A stretch of DNA of 64,000 bases, taken from assembly GCA_965368165.1 (NCBI GenBank), contig CBDULT010000010.1, positions 8,773 through 72,772 of the forward strand, written 5' to 3'. Below the pieces are notes generated by a model. That model saw nothing but the letters and a program-made list of their open reading frames with translations. It made no database searches and was not told the origin of the DNA. This DNA is from an uncultured Thalassospiraceae bacterium (GTDB taxonomy: Bacteria > Pseudomonadota > Alphaproteobacteria > Rhodospirillales > JAPHRK01). The translations under genes were made by a program, and so were the position numbers. Shown here one piece after another: positions 28,722 to 36,762 of the stretch (the stretch's first letter is position 1; each line of letters starts with the position of its first letter).

Positions 28722-30047
28722 ATGTTAAAGAAATTCACCCTCCCCGTTCTGGGTGCCGCATCGGTTATGCTGGCTGCTGGAATTGAGCCAGCATTGGCTG
28801 AAGAGACTAAGACGACCGAAGTTCAGTATATTTTCAACACCATCAACTTTTTGATGTGTGGTTTCTTAGTCATGTTCATGGCGGCAGGCTTTGCCATGCT
28901 TGAATCAGGTTTGGTTCGGGCTAAAAACACCGCCACCATCTGTCTTAAAAATATCGCCCTTTATGCCATCGCAGGTATTCTCTATTACCTCATCGGTTAT
29001 AACCTGATGTATTCCGGCGTTGATGGCGGATTTATGGGAACCTTCGCCATTTGGTCGCCCGATGACACTGCCGTTGCCAATGGTGATTTTGGGACCAACT
29101 ACGCCACGGCCTCTGACTGGTTCTTCCAAATGGTCTTTGTCGCGACGGCAGCTTCGGTTGTTTCCGGCGCACTGGCTGAGCGGATTAAACTTTGGTCCTT
29201 CCTGGCCTTTGTTGTCTTCCTGACCGGAATTATCTACCCGATCCAAGGTTCCTGGCAGTGGGGCGGCGGTTGGTTAAGCGAAATGGGTTTTGCTGATTTC
29301 GCGGGGTCTACTCTTGTTCACTCTGTTGGTGGATGGGCGGCTCTAACGGGCGCGATCATTCTCGGGGCACGTCGCGGTAAATACGGCGAAAACGGACGGG
29401 TTAACCCTCTTCCCGGTGCCAACCTTCCCATGGCTACTCTGGGTACTTTTATCCTCTGGCTCGGATGGTTCGGCTTTAATGGAGGGTCACAACTCGCCAT
29501 GGGTTCAGCCGCTGACCTGATTGCAATTGCGCAAATCTTTATTAACACCAACATTGCCGCAGCAGGTGGTGTGGTAGCTGCCATGGTTGCAACGCAAATT
29601 ATCTACAAAAAAGTCGACCTATCCATGGCCTTAAACGGTGCCATTGCCGGTCTTGTTTCTATCACGGCAGGCCCTGACACCCCAAGCCTGGGGCAAGCCA
29701 TGCTCATCGGTGCAGTTGGAGGAACTTTAGTGGTCTTCGCTGTTCCTCTGCTCGATAAGTTTAAAATCGATGATGTTGTTGGTGCCATCTCTGCTCACTT
29801 GGTAGCGGGTATCTGGGGCACCATGGCGGTTCCTTTAACCAATGGGGATGCCAGCTTTATCACCCAGGCCATTGGTGTGGTCAGCATCGGAGCTTTTGTT
29901 TTGGTCACCAGCACCGTTTTCTGGCTTATCTTAAAGCACACCGTTGGTATCCGCGTCAGTGCCGAGGACGAGGACTTGGGCTTGGATATGGCTGAACTAG
30001 GTATGGAAGCTTATCCAGAGTTTGGTCGCGGTAGCCAAACAATTTAA
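28722..30047 (+). CDS. amtB: ammonium transporter
   Basis: ORF track start is 28659. ATG at 28722 (MLKKFTLPVLGAASVMLAAG.. signal peptide) is preceded by AGGAG. Amt signature region AGFAMLESGLVRAKN. Confidence 0.93.
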   Translation: MLKKFTLPVLGAASVMLAAGIEPALAEETKTTEVQYIFNTINFLMCGFLVMFMAAGFAMLESGLVRAKNTATICLKNIALYAIAGILYYLIGYNLMYSGVDGGFMGTFAIWSPDDTAVANGDFGTNYATASDWFFQMVFVATAASVVSGALAERIKLWSFLAFVVFLTGIIYPIQGSWQWGGGWLSEMGFADFAGSTLVHSVGGWAALTGAIILGARRGKYGENGRVNPLPGANLPMATLGTFILWLGWFGFNGGSQLAMGSAADLIAIAQIFINTNIAAAGGVVAAMVATQIIYKKVDLSMALNGAIAGLVSITAGPDTPSLGQAMLIGAVGGTLVVFAVPLLDKFKIDDVVGAISAHLVAGIWGTMAVPLTNGDASFITQAIGVVSIGAFVLVTSTVFWLILKHTVGIRVSAEDEDLGLDMAELGMEAYPEFGRGSQTI

Positions 30048-30090
30048 CTCAAATACCCCCTAGGTCCATACACTAAGGACCAACAAGTAA

Positions 30091-30126
30091 GAGCCGAAGG
30101 ACCTCCCTCCCCTTCGGCTCTTTTTG
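30091..30126 (+). terminator. rho-independent terminator of glnK-amtB
   Basis: GAGCCGAAGG (30091-30100) pairs with CCTTCGGCTC (30111-30120) and is followed by TTTTTGTTT. Confidence 0.8.
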
Positions 30127-30142
30127 TTTAATAATTAGGCAT
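30124..30142 (+). repeat. 19-bp box C (TTGTTTAATAATTAGGCAT) upstream of the second amt gene
   Basis: Direct read. Matches box A at 15/19, with the 3' part ATTAGGCAT identical. Confidence 0.45.
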
Positions 30143-30244
30143 TCTGGCGACTTGCTGTTTAAATTATCATCAATCAATAATTTTCCGATTCAATGCGTAC
30201 CTTTTAACTACCTGAAATAAAGAGAAAAAACAGGCCGCCTTTGC

Positions 30245-30260
30245 TTGGCATGATTCTTGA
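30245..30260 (+). promoter_or_regulatory. sigma54-like promoter upstream of the second amt gene (TTGGCAT-N5-TTGA)
   Basis: TTGGCATgaTTCTTGA, about 80 nt upstream of ATG 30341. Same variant -12 element as the glnK site. Confidence 0.45.
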
Positions 30261-30340
30261 GATAGTCCCCCCCATTAAATTTAAGTAAAAAGGAGCATTT
30301 GGGTAAATTTAATTGCCTGAAGCCCCGCCTAGGAGGAATT

Positions 30341-31576
30341 ATGGACGCTATGAAAAGCGGTGCGGATGTTTTTTTCGTACTGATGGGGGCAATTATGGTC
30401 CTGGCCATGCACGGTGGATTTGCTTTTCTCGAAGTCGGCACCGTTCGGCGTAAAAACCAGGTCAACGCCCTGATTAAAATCATCGTCGATCTCGCTGTTT
30501 CTACAGTGGTTTACTTTTTTATCGGCTATATGGTCGCCTACGGAGTTAACTTCCTGGTCTCCGCCAAGGTCTTAAGTGGCATAGAAACCGCTGAGGGCTA
30601 TGAATTCGCCAAAAACGGGCTTGATTTGGTTAAATTCTTTTTCCTGATGACATTTGCTGCCGCCATCCCGGCGATTATTTCCGGCGGTATTGCTGAGCGG
30701 GCAAAATTCTGGCCTCAACTCGGGGCAACTGCGGTTCTGGTTGGGGTGGTTTACCCAACCTTTGAAGGCATGGTCTGGGGATCAAAATTCGGTTTCCAAG
30801 AGTGGATTGAAAGTGCCTTTGGAGCCCCCTTCCATGATTTTGCCGGCTCTATTGTTGTCCATGCCATGGGCGGATGGATTGCCCTTGGCGCGGTTGTGAT
30901 GCTGGGGGCACGCATGGGACGCTATCGTAAAGACGGCACCACCGTCGCCATTTTACCTTCCAATATTCCATTCCTTGCCCTTGGCTCCTGGATTCTTGCC
31001 GTTGGTTGGTTTGGCTTTAACGTGATGAGTGCCCAATCGGTCGAAGGGGTCACGGGCCTTGTCGCTATGAATTCCCTGCTTGCCATGGTCGGCGGTATCC
31101 TTTCTGCCATGATTGTTGGTCGCAACGACCCAGGTTTCGTTCATAACGGTGCGCTGGCGGGCTTGGTAGCCATTTGTGCTGGTTCTGATGTCATGCATCC
31201 CATAGGAGCCCTGGCGACAGGGTGTCTTGCGGGGGCATTATTTGTCTGGGGTTTTGAAAAATGCCAAGATAAATGGAAAATTGATGATGTACTCGGGGTC
31301 TGGCCCCTTCATGGCATGTGTGGGGCTCTTGGCGGTATCGCTTGTGGGGTCTTCGGCCTTGAATCCTTTGGCGGTATGGGCGGCGTTACTTTTATGGCCC
31401 AAGTGGTTGGCACCCTCAGCGGCATTGCTTTTGCCACAATTTCTGGATTTGTCGTCTATGGCCTCTTGAAGAAAACTGTCGGCATTCGGTTAAGCCAGGA
31501 AGACGAGTTCGATGGAGCTGATCTCTCAATCCATAAAATCAGCGCTTACCCCGAAGAAGATAGCCCAGGGCATTGA
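30341..31576 (+). CDS. ammonium transporter, second paralogue (no signal peptide, no linked P-II gene)
   Basis: ORF track start is 30299. ATG at 30341 is preceded by TAGGAGGAATT. HGGFAFLEVGTVRRKNQ is the Amt signature region. Confidence 0.9.
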   Translation: MDAMKSGADVFFVLMGAIMVLAMHGGFAFLEVGTVRRKNQVNALIKIIVDLAVSTVVYFFIGYMVAYGVNFLVSAKVLSGIETAEGYEFAKNGLDLVKFFFLMTFAAAIPAIISGGIAERAKFWPQLGATAVLVGVVYPTFEGMVWGSKFGFQEWIESAFGAPFHDFAGSIVVHAMGGWIALGAVVMLGARMGRYRKDGTTVAILPSNIPFLALGSWILAVGWFGFNVMSAQSVEGVTGLVAMNSLLAMVGGILSAMIVGRNDPGFVHNGALAGLVAICAGSDVMHPIGALATGCLAGALFVWGFEKCQDKWKIDDVLGVWPLHGMCGALGGIACGVFGLESFGGMGGVTFMAQVVGTLSGIAFATISGFVVYGLLKKTVGIRLSQEDEFDGADLSIHKISAYPEEDSPGH

Positions 31577-31606
31577 TCTAAACCTGATCAGGCTTTAGTT
31601 AGAAAG

Positions 31607-31636
31607 GGAGAGCAAATTTCTGCTCTCCTTTTTTCT
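31607..31636 (+). terminator. rho-independent terminator of the second amt gene
   Basis: GGAGAGCA-AATTTC-TGCTCTCC followed by TTTTTTCTTT. Confidence 0.75.
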
Positions 31637-31651
31637 TTGGTGCGCTCGGTC

Positions 31652-32848
31652 ATGCTTAATTCATCCCTCGATCTTCTGCCAGATTATCCTTTCCCACGTT
31701 TGCGGGCCCTACTTGACCCCCACGAGCCACCGCAAGGGATTGAGCCCCTGCATATGTCAATTGGCGAACCCAAACACAAAGCGCCAACCTTGGTGGATGA
31801 AATTTTGCAAAGTCAGGCCGGAAACTGGGGAAGTTACCCCCCCGTCCTTGGCACCCCAGAATTCCGTCACGCCATGACCGATTGGCTTAAACAAAGATAT
31901 GATCTCACCAGCGAGGATATTGATGCCGACCGTCATGTTCTCCCTGTGCTTGGCACCCGCGAAGCCCTATTTCAAATTGGCGATGTCGTAATCCCGGAAC
32001 TTAAGAATGGCCTGCAACCCGTTGTTCTTATTCCCAACCCTTTTTATCAAGTTTATGCCGGGGCGGCTGTTATGAACCGGGCCAAACCGGTCTATATGCC
32101 CGCCACCAAAGACATAAACTTCCAGCCTGACCTCGATATTCTTGAGCCGGAAATATTGAAACGCACCGCGTTGATGTATCTTTGCTCTCCTGGCAACCCT
32201 CAGGGCTCCGTTGCTCCCCTCACTTATCTTGAACAAGCCATTGGCCTGGCAAGAGAGTATGACTTCGTCTTAATCGTCGATGAATGCTATGCTGAAATTT
32301 ATGACCAAACACCTCCTTCGGGGGCTTTAGAGGCCTGCAAATCCCTTGGGGGTGGTTTCGCAAATCTGCTGGTTTTCCATTCTCTGTCCAAACGCTCTAA
32401 TGTACCTGGCTTGCGCTCTGGTTTTGTTGCCGGAGATGAAAAACTGATCACGGCTTTTGCCCATATGCGTAACTACGGCGGGGCCACCATGCCCCACCCT
32501 ATTATGGCGGTTTCAGCCGCTTTATGGGCCGAAGAACAGCATGTAACCGAGAATAGAACCCTTTATAAACAAAAATTCGACCTTGCAGACCGTTATTTTA
32601 GCGATTTTCCCGGCTATAAGCGGCCAGAAGGGGGGTTTTTCTTATGGTTAGAGGTTGAAGATGGTGAAAAAGCTGCCCTAAAGCTGTGGAAAGAAGGAGG
32701 AATACGGGTTCTTCCCGGTGCTTATCTCTCAGCCGACGATCCCATCAATGGTAATCCGGGTGCTAATTACATTCGGGTCGCTTTGGTTCATGACCTGGAA
32801 ACCACAGAAAAAGCCTTAAAAACCATCCGGAAAATTCTTGCCGCCTGA
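31652..32848 (+). CDS. class I/II aminotransferase, succinyldiaminopimelate-transaminase (DapC)-like
   Basis: ORF track start is 31637 (GTG); ATG at 31652 gives MLNSSLDLLPDYPFPRL. The MSIGEPKH motif and SKRSN PLP-lysine context are typical of the DapC-like subgroup. Substrate assignment is tentative. Confidence 0.8.
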   Translation: MLNSSLDLLPDYPFPRLRALLDPHEPPQGIEPLHMSIGEPKHKAPTLVDEILQSQAGNWGSYPPVLGTPEFRHAMTDWLKQRYDLTSEDIDADRHVLPVLGTREALFQIGDVVIPELKNGLQPVVLIPNPFYQVYAGAAVMNRAKPVYMPATKDINFQPDLDILEPEILKRTALMYLCSPGNPQGSVAPLTYLEQAIGLAREYDFVLIVDECYAEIYDQTPPSGALEACKSLGGGFANLLVFHSLSKRSNVPGLRSGFVAGDEKLITAFAHMRNYGGATMPHPIMAVSAALWAEEQHVTENRTLYKQKFDLADRYFSDFPGYKRPEGGFFLWLEVEDGEKAALKLWKEGGIRVLPGAYLSADDPINGNPGANYIRVALVHDLETTEKALKTIRKILAA

Positions 32849-32871
32849 TTTTTAAGCCCAAACCAAAGATT

Positions 32872-33801
32872 CTAAACTTCCATGAGGACCTTCACATGGA
32901 CCCCCACCGATGCTGCCAGAGCAGGGAGGTCATATCCTCCTTCAAGCAAAGAGACAACACGTCCCTGACAGCAGTTGTTACTGAAGGTGATGATTTTCTC
33001 ACTTAACCAGGCGTAATCGATGGTGGTGTAGTTCAGTCCCCCCATAAGGTCTCGTTGATGGGCATCGAAACCCGCTGAGATGATGATTAAGTCGGGTGCA
33101 AATTTTGTCAAAAAGGGCTCGGTTTTGGTCACCCAGGCCTGCTGTAAATCTTCTGAATCTGCCCCTGCAGGGAGAGGAACATTGAGAATATTGTTATGGG
33201 CTCCTGTTTCCTCTGCGGGTCCAGACAAAGGGTAACCACCGTCCTCATGGAGCGAAACGTAGGCTAAATTTTCGCTGTCCCAAAAAATTGACTGCACTCC
33301 ATTGCCGTGGTGAACATCAAAATCAATCACCGCCACTTTGTTCACCCCATGGGTCGCCCTGGCATGTAAAGCCGCAATGGCGGCATTATTAAACAGGCAA
33401 AAACCCATCGCTTTGTTGGCTTCTGCGTGGTGCCCTGGGGGGCGGATGGCACAAAAGGCATTTCTTGAACCGGTGGTCAAAACCTCATCAACGGCCTGAC
33501 AGGCTGCCCCGGCTGCATAGAGTGCTGCTTGAACAGACCCAGCGGAAATGACCGTATCTTCATCTAACTCATAATGTTTTGGATATCCATCAAGGGCCAA
33601 AATGCGCGTTACATAGTCACTGTCATGGGCGCGCTCTAACTGTTCGCGCGTTGCCGGACCACTTTGTGAGCGTACCAAAAGAGCAAACCGCTCCGTGCTT
33701 AAAATACTCTCAAGAGTACGCAATCGCTCCGTAGATTCAGGATGTCCATATCCCGTATCATGGTCAAAACATTGGGGGGGCATAAACAGAAGGGTCGACA
33801 T
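32872..33801 (-). CDS. histone deacetylase-family (class II HDAC / AcuC / LdaA-like) deacetylase
   Basis: 309 aa with RPPGHHA and DFDVHHGNGVQ metal and catalytic motifs. Confidence 0.9.
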   Translation of the reverse strand: MSTLLFMPPQCFDHDTGYGHPESTERLRTLESILSTERFALLVRSQSGPATREQLERAHDSDYVTRILALDGYPKHYELDEDTVISAGSVQAALYAAGAACQAVDEVLTTGSRNAFCAIRPPGHHAEANKAMGFCLFNNAAIAALHARATHGVNKVAVIDFDVHHGNGVQSIFWDSENLAYVSLHEDGGYPLSGPAEETGAHNNILNVPLPAGADSEDLQQAWVTKTEPFLTKFAPDLIIISAGFDAHQRDLMGGLNYTTIDYAWLSEKIITFSNNCCQGRVVSLLEGGYDLPALAASVGVHVKVLMEV

Positions 33802-33878
33802 TCTTAGCCTCTTAATTTTTTGAATTTTTATAGGGCGGCAATTATAACGTAATTTCTATAAATAACCTCTGCATTTAG

Positions 33879-33898
33879 TGCAACACAACTATGTTGCA
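33879..33898. promoter_or_regulatory. inverted repeat TGCAACA-N6-TGTTGCA in the deacetylase/pat divergent promoter region
   Basis: Direct read. Uses the same 7-mer half-sites as the phaZ palindrome at 7377-7391. Confidence 0.45.
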
Positions 33899-33952
33899 AA
33901 AACTTAAATATTGTTTGAAAACAGGCTGGTAAAAATATACTATCGGGCTATA

Positions 33953-33967
33953 TGTTGCAGTGCACAA
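33953..33967. promoter_or_regulatory. TGTTGCAGTGCACAA, near-copy (13/15) of the phaZ palindrome, ~40 bp upstream of pat
   Basis: Direct read. Confidence 0.45.
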
Positions 33968-34001
33968 TTTTTATGCTTGTTATTTACATAAAGGCTCCCC
34001 C

Positions 34002-36686
34002 ATGAGTATCCGTAATCTCCACCATCTTTTTGCTCCAAATTCAATTGCTGTGATTGGTGCCTCCACCCGGCCCCACTCCATTGGCAGTCTTGTTATGCAA
34101 AATCTTTTAGGAGGGGGCTTCCAGGGACCGATTATGCCTGTTAACCCGAAACATTTATCTATTTCAGGGGTTCTGGCCTACAAAAATATTGAGCAGCTTC
34201 CTACCGTCCCAGAGATGGCTGTTATTTGTATCCCCCCTCTTTCGATCCCAACCATTCTCGATCAATTAGGCGAAAAGGGGACAAGGGCGGCAATTATTCT
34301 CACTGCGGGCTTAGGGTCTGAAGAATTTTCTAAAGGGGTAACGGTCAAAGAGGAAATGCTTCGGGTTGCCCAAAAATATGGCATGCGCATTCTCGGCCCT
34401 AACTGCTTGGGCTTACTGGTGCCTGGGATCGGGTTAAACGCGAGTTTTGCCCATCGTCCTGCTTTGCCAGGAAAAATTGCCTTTGTCTCTCAGTCGGGAG
34501 CTCTTTGTACCTCAGTTCTTGATTGGGCCCGACCCCGCGGTATTGGTTTTTCTCACTTTATTTCTATGGGAGATATGGCCGATACAGACTTCGGAGATGT
34601 GCTTGATTATCTTGGCAGCGATCCCGATACCAGTGCCATTTTGCTTTATATTGAATCAATATATGAAAATCGCAATTTCATGTCAGCCGCCCGGGCTGCG
34701 GCGCGTAACAAGCCTTTATTAGCCATTAAATCTGGCCGCCATGAAGAAGGAGCGAAAGCCGCAGCCTCCCACACAGGGGCTCTCGCCGGGTCTGATTTTG
34801 TCTATGATGCGGCTTTTCGTCGTGCGGGTATGTTGCGGGTTTATGATTTTGAAGAATTGTTCGCGGCTGTTGAAACTTTAAGTCGCGGCAGGCGGCCAAA
34901 TGGGGAACGATTGGCCATTTTAACCAATGGCGGCGGTCTCGGTGTTTTGGCGGTCGACAACTTAATCGAACTCGGCGGTACCCTGGCAACCCTTTCTAAG
35001 GAAACAATTGCTAAACTTGATAAGGTTTTGCCTCTTACATGGTCAAAAGCCAATCCGGTTGATATTATTGGCGACGCACCTGCCAAACGCTACACCGAAG
35101 CTTTACGCATTTTATTTGAAGCCAAAGAAGTTGATGCGGTGATTTGTATGCATTGCCCTGTCGCGGTTGTTTCGGCTGTCGATGTAGCTCAAAGCATCAT
35201 TGATGTCTCAAAAGAATTCCCTAGGGCGGCTTTAACAACCTGTTTTGTCGGCGAAGAAACCGTCGGCCCGGCTCGAAAACTCTTTAGTGCAGCCGATATC
35301 CCCACCTTTGATACCCCCCTTAAAGCCGCACAGGCCTTCATGCACACGGTGCACTATCGGCGGAACCAAGAACTGCTCATGGAAACCCCTCCCTCAATGC
35401 CGTCAGACTTCAAACCGGCACGAGATACGGCACGGCTAATTGTGGAAAATGCTTTAGCCACGGGTCATGAGTTTATGAGTGAACCAGAAGCAAAAGCCGT
35501 TTTAGCCTCTTACGGCGTTCCAACTGTTGAAACCCATGTTGTCAAATCTCCCGAGGGGGCCAAAGTTAAGGCTCAAGCTATGGGCTTCCCCATCGCCCTC
35601 AAGATTATCTCCCCACAAATCACCCATAAATCTGATGTTGGCGGTGTGGTTCTTGATCTCCAAACCCCCGAAGAAGTTGAAAAAGCCGCCCACGATATGC
35701 TGGCCCGCGTTCATCAAATTTTTGGCGATATTAAGGTTTCTGGTTTTTCCGTCCAAACAATGGCCCGTCGACCTGGAGCCCACGAGTTGATTATTGGCGT
35801 CGTCACCGACGCAATCTTTGGTCCGGTCATTCTCTTTGGTGAGGGGGGAACGGCTGTTGAGGTGATTAGTGATCGCGCTGTTTCTTTGCCACCCTTGAAC
35901 ATGGCCCTGGCGAAAGACCTGATTTCCCGCACCCGTGTTTATAAACTCCTGGAAGGCTACAGGGATCGCCCAGCGACTGACCTTGATGCCATATGCCTGA
36001 CCCTCAACAAAGTAGCGCAGCTAATTATTGATGTGCCGGAGATTGAAGAGCTCGACATTAATCCGTTGTTTGCTGACAGCAACGGTGTCCTTGCTCTTGA
36101 TGCCCGTATAAAAGTCGCCCCTGCAACCTCAAGCGGCAGCAGTCGCCTTGCCATTCGCCCTTACCCTGCAGAGCAAGAATCACCCTTCACCATGAAGACC
36201 GGTCGGAAAGTTCTTATCCGTCCCATTCGTCCAGAAGATGAACCCAATCATCATATTTTCATCTCAAAATTGACCCCCGAAGATATTCGGTTCCGTTTTT
36301 TTGGTATGGTCAAGGGACTTCCTCACTCACAAATGGCCCGCTTAACTCAGATTGATTATGATCGAGATATGGCTTTTATTGCCATTGGTCAGGATGAAAA
36401 ACATGAGGACGAAACCCTTGGGGTTGTGCGCGTGGTGGCGACAAGGGATAACTCCATAGCTGAATTTTCTATCGTTGTGCGGTCTGATCTTAAGAGCACA
36501 GGGCTTGCAAAAGAGCTGATGAAAAAGATGATTACTTATTGTAAAGCCCGTCAAACCAAGCGTTTAGTTGGGCAGGTTTTGCGTGAAAATAGCCGAATGA
36601 TTCACTTTGTTGAAAGGTTGGGCTTTAAGCGAACTGGTGCACCAGAACCAAATGTCGTTGAGGTAACCCTGGAACTGAACCCATAG
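34002..36686 (+). CDS. pat: Pat/YfiQ-type protein lysine acetyltransferase (ADP-forming acyl-CoA synthetase-like domains fused to a C-terminal GNAT)
   Basis: ORF track start is 33960; ATG at 34002 gives MSIRNLHHLFAPNSIAVIGAS. CoA-binding, succinyl-CoA-synthetase-like and ATP-grasp regions are followed by a GNAT domain (..FSIVVRSDLKSTGLAKELMKKMITY..). Confidence 0.88.
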   Translation: MSIRNLHHLFAPNSIAVIGASTRPHSIGSLVMQNLLGGGFQGPIMPVNPKHLSISGVLAYKNIEQLPTVPEMAVICIPPLSIPTILDQLGEKGTRAAIILTAGLGSEEFSKGVTVKEEMLRVAQKYGMRILGPNCLGLLVPGIGLNASFAHRPALPGKIAFVSQSGALCTSVLDWARPRGIGFSHFISMGDMADTDFGDVLDYLGSDPDTSAILLYIESIYENRNFMSAARAAARNKPLLAIKSGRHEEGAKAAASHTGALAGSDFVYDAAFRRAGMLRVYDFEELFAAVETLSRGRRPNGERLAILTNGGGLGVLAVDNLIELGGTLATLSKETIAKLDKVLPLTWSKANPVDIIGDAPAKRYTEALRILFEAKEVDAVICMHCPVAVVSAVDVAQSIIDVSKEFPRAALTTCFVGEETVGPARKLFSAADIPTFDTPLKAAQAFMHTVHYRRNQELLMETPPSMPSDFKPARDTARLIVENALATGHEFMSEPEAKAVLASYGVPTVETHVVKSPEGAKVKAQAMGFPIALKIISPQITHKSDVGGVVLDLQTPEEVEKAAHDMLARVHQIFGDIKVSGFSVQTMARRPGAHELIIGVVTDAIFGPVILFGEGGTAVEVISDRAVSLPPLNMALAKDLISRTRVYKLLEGYRDRPATDLDAICLTLNKVAQLIIDVPEIEELDINPLFADSNGVLALDARIKVAPATSSGSSRLAIRPYPAEQESPFTMKTGRKVLIRPIRPEDEPNHHIFISKLTPEDIRFRFFGMVKGLPHSQMARLTQIDYDRDMAFIAIGQDEKHEDETLGVVRVVATRDNSIAEFSIVVRSDLKSTGLAKELMKKMITYCKARQTKRLVGQVLRENSRMIHFVERLGFKRTGAPEPNVVEVTLELNP

Positions 36687-36762
36687 AAAAAGCCTTAAAA
36701 ACCACCGATAACATGTTCACAAGTTAAGCTTTTCTCAATTAACTTCCCGCTAAAGTTCTCTT

